Source: Macrostomum hystrix (lineage: Eukaryota; Animalia; Platyhelminthes). Taken from it: DNA of 64,000 nt. Positions 60,601-64,000 of the stretch are shown here, piece after piece. Position numbers and translations under genes: made by a program. The notes under the pieces were generated by a model. That model had not been told where the DNA came from. It was given only the letters and a program-made list of their open reading frames with translations, and made no database searches. The first letter of the stretch is position 1. Each line of letters opens with the position of its first letter. The stretch is from positions 1,426,001-1,490,000 of the forward strand of contig CATNEN010000012.1 in assembly GCA_950097015.1 (NCBI GenBank), in the 5' to 3' direction.

Positions 60601-63600
60601 TTCAGGAGTGTATGAGCCTGAGGTTCAGGAGTGTATAAGCCTGAGGTTCAGGAGTGTATGAGCCTGCGGTTCAGGAGTGTATGAGCCTGAGGTTCAGGAG
60701 TGTATAAGCCTGAGGTTCAGGAGTGTATGAGCCTGAGTTTCAGGAGTGTATAAGCCTGAGGTTCAGGAGTGCCAGGGGTTAGCGATATGGGCGGCATCAG
60801 CCGCCTCCTCGCTGCGTCCGTCATGGAGGCTCCCTGCCGCTAAGTCAAGTTAAGTCAAGAGGTTCAGGAGTGTATGAGCCTGCGGTTCAGGAGTGTATGT
60901 TCAGGTGGACACAGCTGGCTCAGGGGCGGATTCATTTTACATCAAGTTCAGATAGAGTTACTGTTAAGGCTGGAGCTGGGGCTGGGGCTGGGGCATCGCG
61001 TCCCTAACCCAAACCGTCAATCTATCCCCATCTGCAGCAGTTGGAAGGCCTGCCTAGACCACTGCCAGTGGCGCTTCCGCCAGTCCGCCTCTCGCTGGCT
61101 CCTACCCTTAGCCGGCATCCTCGCCGACTGTTCGACCGGCGAGGGCGACGTCAACGCTAAGCCAACTTGCGACGCTAGCCAGCTGTGCCAGGCACTGTGC
61201 CAGTACCTGGACCGGGCCACCATTGGCGACTACCCGGCCAGGCTAGAATGCGTTCAACTGCTTGGCCAATTGTCGCTTGACTGGCGCCTAGATCAACAGT
61301 GCCGCTATGTGCTGGCCAACACTCGCTCCTACTATGCCCAGTATCTGCCGGCTGTGCTGGCCGCCACGAGAGAGCGTCGGGCCGGAGTCGAGTCTCAATT
61401 GAAGGTCGGTAGATATGGCTATTAATATTAGTCCTCAAATCCAACTACTAAAACTTGCTTTTGATGGATAAATAGGATCAGAATCGAACTCTTGACCTGC
61501 CGCTCATAAGTATCCAATGCTTTAACCACTGAACTACAACCTGTCTTAGCTACAGTTACATAAATGCAGAATGGATAAAGTTTGCAAGAACAGTAGCAAT
61601 ACAAATAAAATTAGTACTTCTCGCCCCGGCCTCTAAAACTCAGGACTTCATCAAAATAGTGAAATGGAGCGACCTGAACTTCTGGTCGGTGCGTGCCTCA
61701 GTCGATCGCTCCCATCGGGCCGTATTGAAAGCCGTCAAACAGCTGGAGGATCTGCTGCGCGAGTCGGCCCAGTCGGCTGGCTGTTTCGCTCTGCCAGCGC
61801 CTACTAAGGCTATCGGCGATATCGACCTTGAAGGTGTCGACGTAGGCGACGATCTCGAGGGCGAGAGAATCGCCGACGAAGCAGACAGCGTGGCGTCCCA
61901 GCTGACAGCCAAGCTGCCAAAGTCCAATCCGTCAGCATCAGATGCTGATCTGTCAGTGTTCGACGCCGAATTCCTGCCCCGCAGTCCCCAGCTGGCCGAA
62001 CGAATTCGGCGACTGTCGACGACGGCAACAAAGAGTTCTCTAGCGTCTGTGTCGGCGTTGAACAGCTTAGCTGAACTCTGCCAGCGAATTGTGGAATCGA
62101 GCCGACAGTTGCGCGACATGAAACCCGAGGCGGTGAGTTCATGTGTTTGCGAATGATTAGCCTCTCATTTGGCTACCTGATTAGCCTCTCATTTGGCTAC
62201 CTGATTAGCCTCTCATTTGGCTACCTGATTAGCCTCTCATTTGGCTACCTGATTAGCCTCTCATTTGCCTACCTGATTAGCCTCTCATTTGGCTGCCTGA
62301 TTAGCCTCTCATTTGGCTACATGATTTTTTATTAGCTTCTTATTTAGCTACGTGCCAATGCCGATTGTCCTTCTGTCTCCGCAGACTGATAACAAAGAGC
62401 GCTACGATCGTCAGGTCAGTCAAATTCAACGCCTGAAGCGCAAGGCCCTGTCCGATCTGTTCAAAGCGCTGCTAAAATCCGGCCTGTCTTATCGCAAAGG
62501 CCGCACCGGAGCTGCCGCAGCAGCAGCCATGGCTAGTGTGGACGAGCACCGAGGCCAGCTGTTCAGCTTTGCCACGTTTGACGGCCGCGAAAGGTTCGTT
62601 TCTAATTAATTTTAGGGGCCTTATTGACCCTATCCAATCGGACCATTCAGAAGCCGGGGTTTGAGGACTGGAGTGAACACCAATCAGAAACCGGGGTTTG
62701 AGGACTGGAGTGAAGACCAATCAGAAGCCTGGATTTGAGGACTGGAGTGAAATACCAATCAGTAGCCTGGGTTTGAAGACTGGAGTGAAAGACCAATCAG
62801 AAGCCTGGGTTTGACGTTAGGGTTGGAAAAGATGGAGTATCTGGATTTCTGATAGGGTGCTATTGATTGCAGCCTGGCTGGCCAACATCTGCTCCGTGCG
62901 ATGCATCGTCGACTAGCGATGACGTCAACCTTGACTAGCGGCTCCTGCACCAAGGAGCTGGGACCCGACGGTATTGAACGATGCGACGGCTTCTCATTGC
63001 ATCTGCAGCGTCTCCTAGCTGACCATTGCAGCCTGCTGGCTGGTCACTTCGCCAGTTTTGGTCGTCTGGTCAGCGCCGCCAAAGTCGCCGCCACGGCCAT
63101 CCAAGAAGATGGCAGCCCCGCAGTGCCGGCTACCCCGCGACGTCAGCTGGCGCTGCGACGTCTTGGCGCCGCCTGCGACACCGTGGTGCGCCAGTGGGCC
63201 GCCTTCTTTGACGACCTGCCGCCTACGCTGGACGAGCAGGTGAAGAGCTTTTCAAATCTATCAAGCGATAATGCTAAGCGGGATCCCTTTATCCCTAACC
63301 TGACAACTTGTTACTATCTCAAAATGGGATTGTAGCCTAGTGGTTAGAGCGTCGGACTCACGACTTGAAGGTCGGGGGTTCGTTTCCCGACTCCACTGGA
63401 ACAGTTTCTGTCCATTTACAAAGTAGCAAGACACTTAGCTCTGCATTGCTTCAGTTCACCCAGCTGTTAAATGGGTACGAGCATTAGCTGGAGTAATTGA
63501 TCAATTATGAGGGTGGGTGTGGCGTCCTCCCAGTCCATGGACTGAACAGCCGTACGCAGCCTTCAGATGCGCCGAGCAAAAGCTGCGGCTGTGCTGTCGG

Positions 63601-64000
63601 CTGCACATCTGACCTAATTGGGCTAGATGTAATATATTTTTTTTATTAATATCTGAATTTTTATTTAGGATAACAACTGCGCCATACCCAGGGACTTTTT
63701 GTTAAAAATCCCAATTTAGATGAAAACTTACTATGAATTCTATACGCTCTAAAATGTAAACATTCCAGGCCTGTCCTGCCTATGTCAAGCCGTCCGCCGC
63801 TGCCGACCTTCTTCGTGCACCGACCGCTGCTGCAACGGACGCCAGCAACTGCGCCCCTGATTGGCTGCCTGGCGCACTTCGTCAGCTGGCCGACTTGCAC
63901 CGCCGTCAGGACGGTCGAATGCTGGCAAATCCCTTCAACCAGCTGGCTGAATCCATTGAGGCTGCCAGGCTGTCGGGCTCAGCTTTGCCCGACTCTGCGG
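36647..64000 (+). CDS. MDN1: Midasin (dynein-related AAA+ ATPase for 60S maturation), 3' end beyond the window; at least 26 exons, about 3950 codons in window
   Basis: Exons 36647-37198, 37551-38044, 38956-39360, 39695-39963, 40736-41118, 41891-42238, 43069-43531, 44062-44559, 45423-46025, 46520-46738, 47133-47770, 48059-48796, 49186-50802, 50916-51605, 52261-52684, 52765-53229, 53314-53607, 57415-57719, 57938-58281, 58623-58870, 59772-59962, 61038-61404, 61644-62132, 62385-62593, 62873-63239, 63769-64000+. Six Walker A motifs (GPVGSGKT, GETGCGKS, GETSVGKT, GPTGVGKT, GSPGVGKT, GPESAGKT) plus LLDEVNLA, NNHEHT, SRALRNRF, LSPALRNRF, WEFNLRDVFRWC, SRAMRNRCVE, FIKIVKWSDLNFWS. One apparent 1-nt frameshift near 52425; true start uncertain. 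Confidence 0.96.
38100..38410 (+). repeat. About 310 bp dispersed repeat (copy 1), MDN1 intron 2
   Basis: Aligns in reverse with 44770-45072 (shared AGATGATGCAGGCACAT, GGCCTGGCAAGGCCGCACTGA, GCTGGCGACTTGATTCTT, AGAAGATGCGCAACAAAAA, TTCTTGAGTTTCGTG). Confidence 0.8.
40030..40640. repeat. 34 bp minisatellite, MDN1 intron 4
   Basis: Unit GATTAGGCACCTGTTTCTCAGATTCTCATGTTTA. Confidence 0.95.
41140..41730 (+). repeat. About 600 bp C/T-rich low-complexity tract, MDN1 intron 5
   Basis: Overwhelmingly pyrimidine (CTC/CTT/CCC) on the plus strand. Confidence 0.9.
42485..42955. repeat. 30 bp minisatellite, MDN1 intron 6
   Basis: Unit GACTAACTAGAATGGGATGACTGACAATGA. Confidence 0.96.
43630..44012. repeat. 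23 bp degenerate minisatellite, MDN1 intron 7
   Basis: Unit GCTCATTGACTAGTTGTTAGAGA. Confidence 0.85.
44648..44752 (+). mobile_element. Truncated, deleted SINE family A fragment
   Basis: GTCCCTGAGCTCGATTCCGCTGCGTGGCCACATT and TGAGAAAGTCGGGGCAGATGTACACACCT match family A. Confidence 0.65.
44770..45072 (-). repeat. About 300 bp dispersed repeat (copy 2, inverted relative to 38100-38410), MDN1 intron 8
   Basis: Reverse complement aligns along its length with 38100-38410. Confidence 0.8.
46139..46489 (+). mobile_element. SINE family A, near full length, MDN1 intron 9
   Basis: Head GTCGGTGGCTGAGCGGTTAACG, B box GAGCTCGATTCC, ATT tail. Probable TSD ATTATACGATG (46128-46138) / ATTATTCGATG (46490-46500). 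Confidence 0.88.
48870..49005 (-). mobile_element. SINE family B fragment
   Basis: Reverse complement GCGTCGGACTCACGACCTGAAGGTCGGGGGTT...GTGTCCTTCGGCGAGACACT...CATTAGCTGG matches 63345-63495. Confidence 0.7.
51745..52075 (+). mobile_element. SINE family A, more diverged copy, MDN1 intron 14
   Basis: GTGGCAGAGCCG, GCCTCTCGCACCAA, CCCTGAGCTCGATTCCGCGGCGAGGCCAC and body GGAGTCAGCGAAATGGGCAGAATTGCC. Confidence 0.85.
54173..55468 (-). mobile_element. Tc1/IS630-like DNA transposon derivative with 26 bp TIRs and a transposase C-terminal remnant
   Basis: TIR GACGGATGGCCTGCATAGCAGGYCAT at 54346-54371 (second copy 54173-54198), inverse at 55441-55466 (25/26 matches). Minus-strand ORF contains LPPYSPFLTPVENSISCWK...ISADKCTGWFNHVFTYVPRCL, typical of the region around the third catalytic residue of IS630/Tc1-type DDE transposases. 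Confidence 0.75.
55640..56450 (-). mobile_element. Ty3/Gypsy LTR retrotransposon integrase relic
   Basis: Broken frames encode VLPTEKRREVIEEIHSQGNFRVAKTVEAIKKRFY (H2C2 region), LLTIIDYSSKWVGLVPLPDERAATIANALFTNWISRWGVP and TTAFHPQCDGLVERFQRT (core). Confidence 0.85.
58330..58580. repeat. 21 bp minisatellite, MDN1 intron 19
   Basis: Unit CAGCTGTTGCTGTGCGGGTGT. Confidence 0.96.
58885..59625. repeat. 24 bp pyrimidine-rich minisatellite, MDN1 intron 20
   Basis: Unit TTCCTGCGATTCCTCCTGCATCTC with recurring longer variants. Confidence 0.96.
60013..60905. repeat. 23 bp minisatellite (two related unit types), MDN1 intron 21
   Basis: GATGACACTGAGATTCAGGGGTG (60013-60125), then GTGTATGAGCCTGAGGTTCAGGA; interrupted at 60771-60858. 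Confidence 0.95.
62153..62335. repeat. 24 bp minisatellite, MDN1 intron 23
   Basis: Unit TGATTAGCCTCTCATTTGGCTACC. Confidence 0.95.
62630..62815. repeat. 37 bp minisatellite (about 5 copies), MDN1 intron 24
   Basis: Unit CCAATCAGAAACCGGGGTTTGAGGACTGGAGTGAAGA (period 37 at 62680, 62717). Confidence 0.88.
63327..63497 (+). mobile_element. tRNA-derived SINE family B with a CORE-like central domain, MDN1 intron 25
   Basis: A box TAGTGGTTAGAGC, B-box-like GGGGGTTCG, then GCAAGACACTTAGCTCTGCATTGCTTCAGTTCACCCAGCTGTTAAATGGGT, which resembles the MIR/CORE consensus. Confidence 0.72.

Overview
Eukaryotic (metazoan) genomic DNA with GC-rich exons and AT-rich introns packed with minisatellites. The style is most consistent with a free-living flatworm such as Macrostomum; this is inference from sequence style, not a database match. 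I traced splice sites by hand and reconstructed five spliced genes. Four lie head-to-tail on the minus strand: YTHDC1 (25554-22535), EDC4/Ge-1 (21648-12709), a TMEM192-like membrane protein (10847-8108) and ADCK1 (6246-1461). The fifth is a divergently transcribed midasin (MDN1/Rea1; 36647 to beyond the window end, at least 26 exons). All five coding regions begin 0-27 nt after a 3' splice acceptor. ADCK1 has no convincing ATG of its own and reads in frame straight from the acceptor, which suggests spliced-leader (SL) trans-splicing, an SL-donated start codon and a possible four-gene operon. The rest is repeat DNA: about 25 unrelated minisatellite arrays, two tRNA-derived SINE families (one with a CORE-like domain), a decayed RNase H-bearing non-LTR element, a Gypsy integrase relic, a foldback MITE, and a Tc1/IS630-like element with an apparently spliced transposase remnant. 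No CRISPR array, rRNA gene or bona fide tRNA gene is supported.
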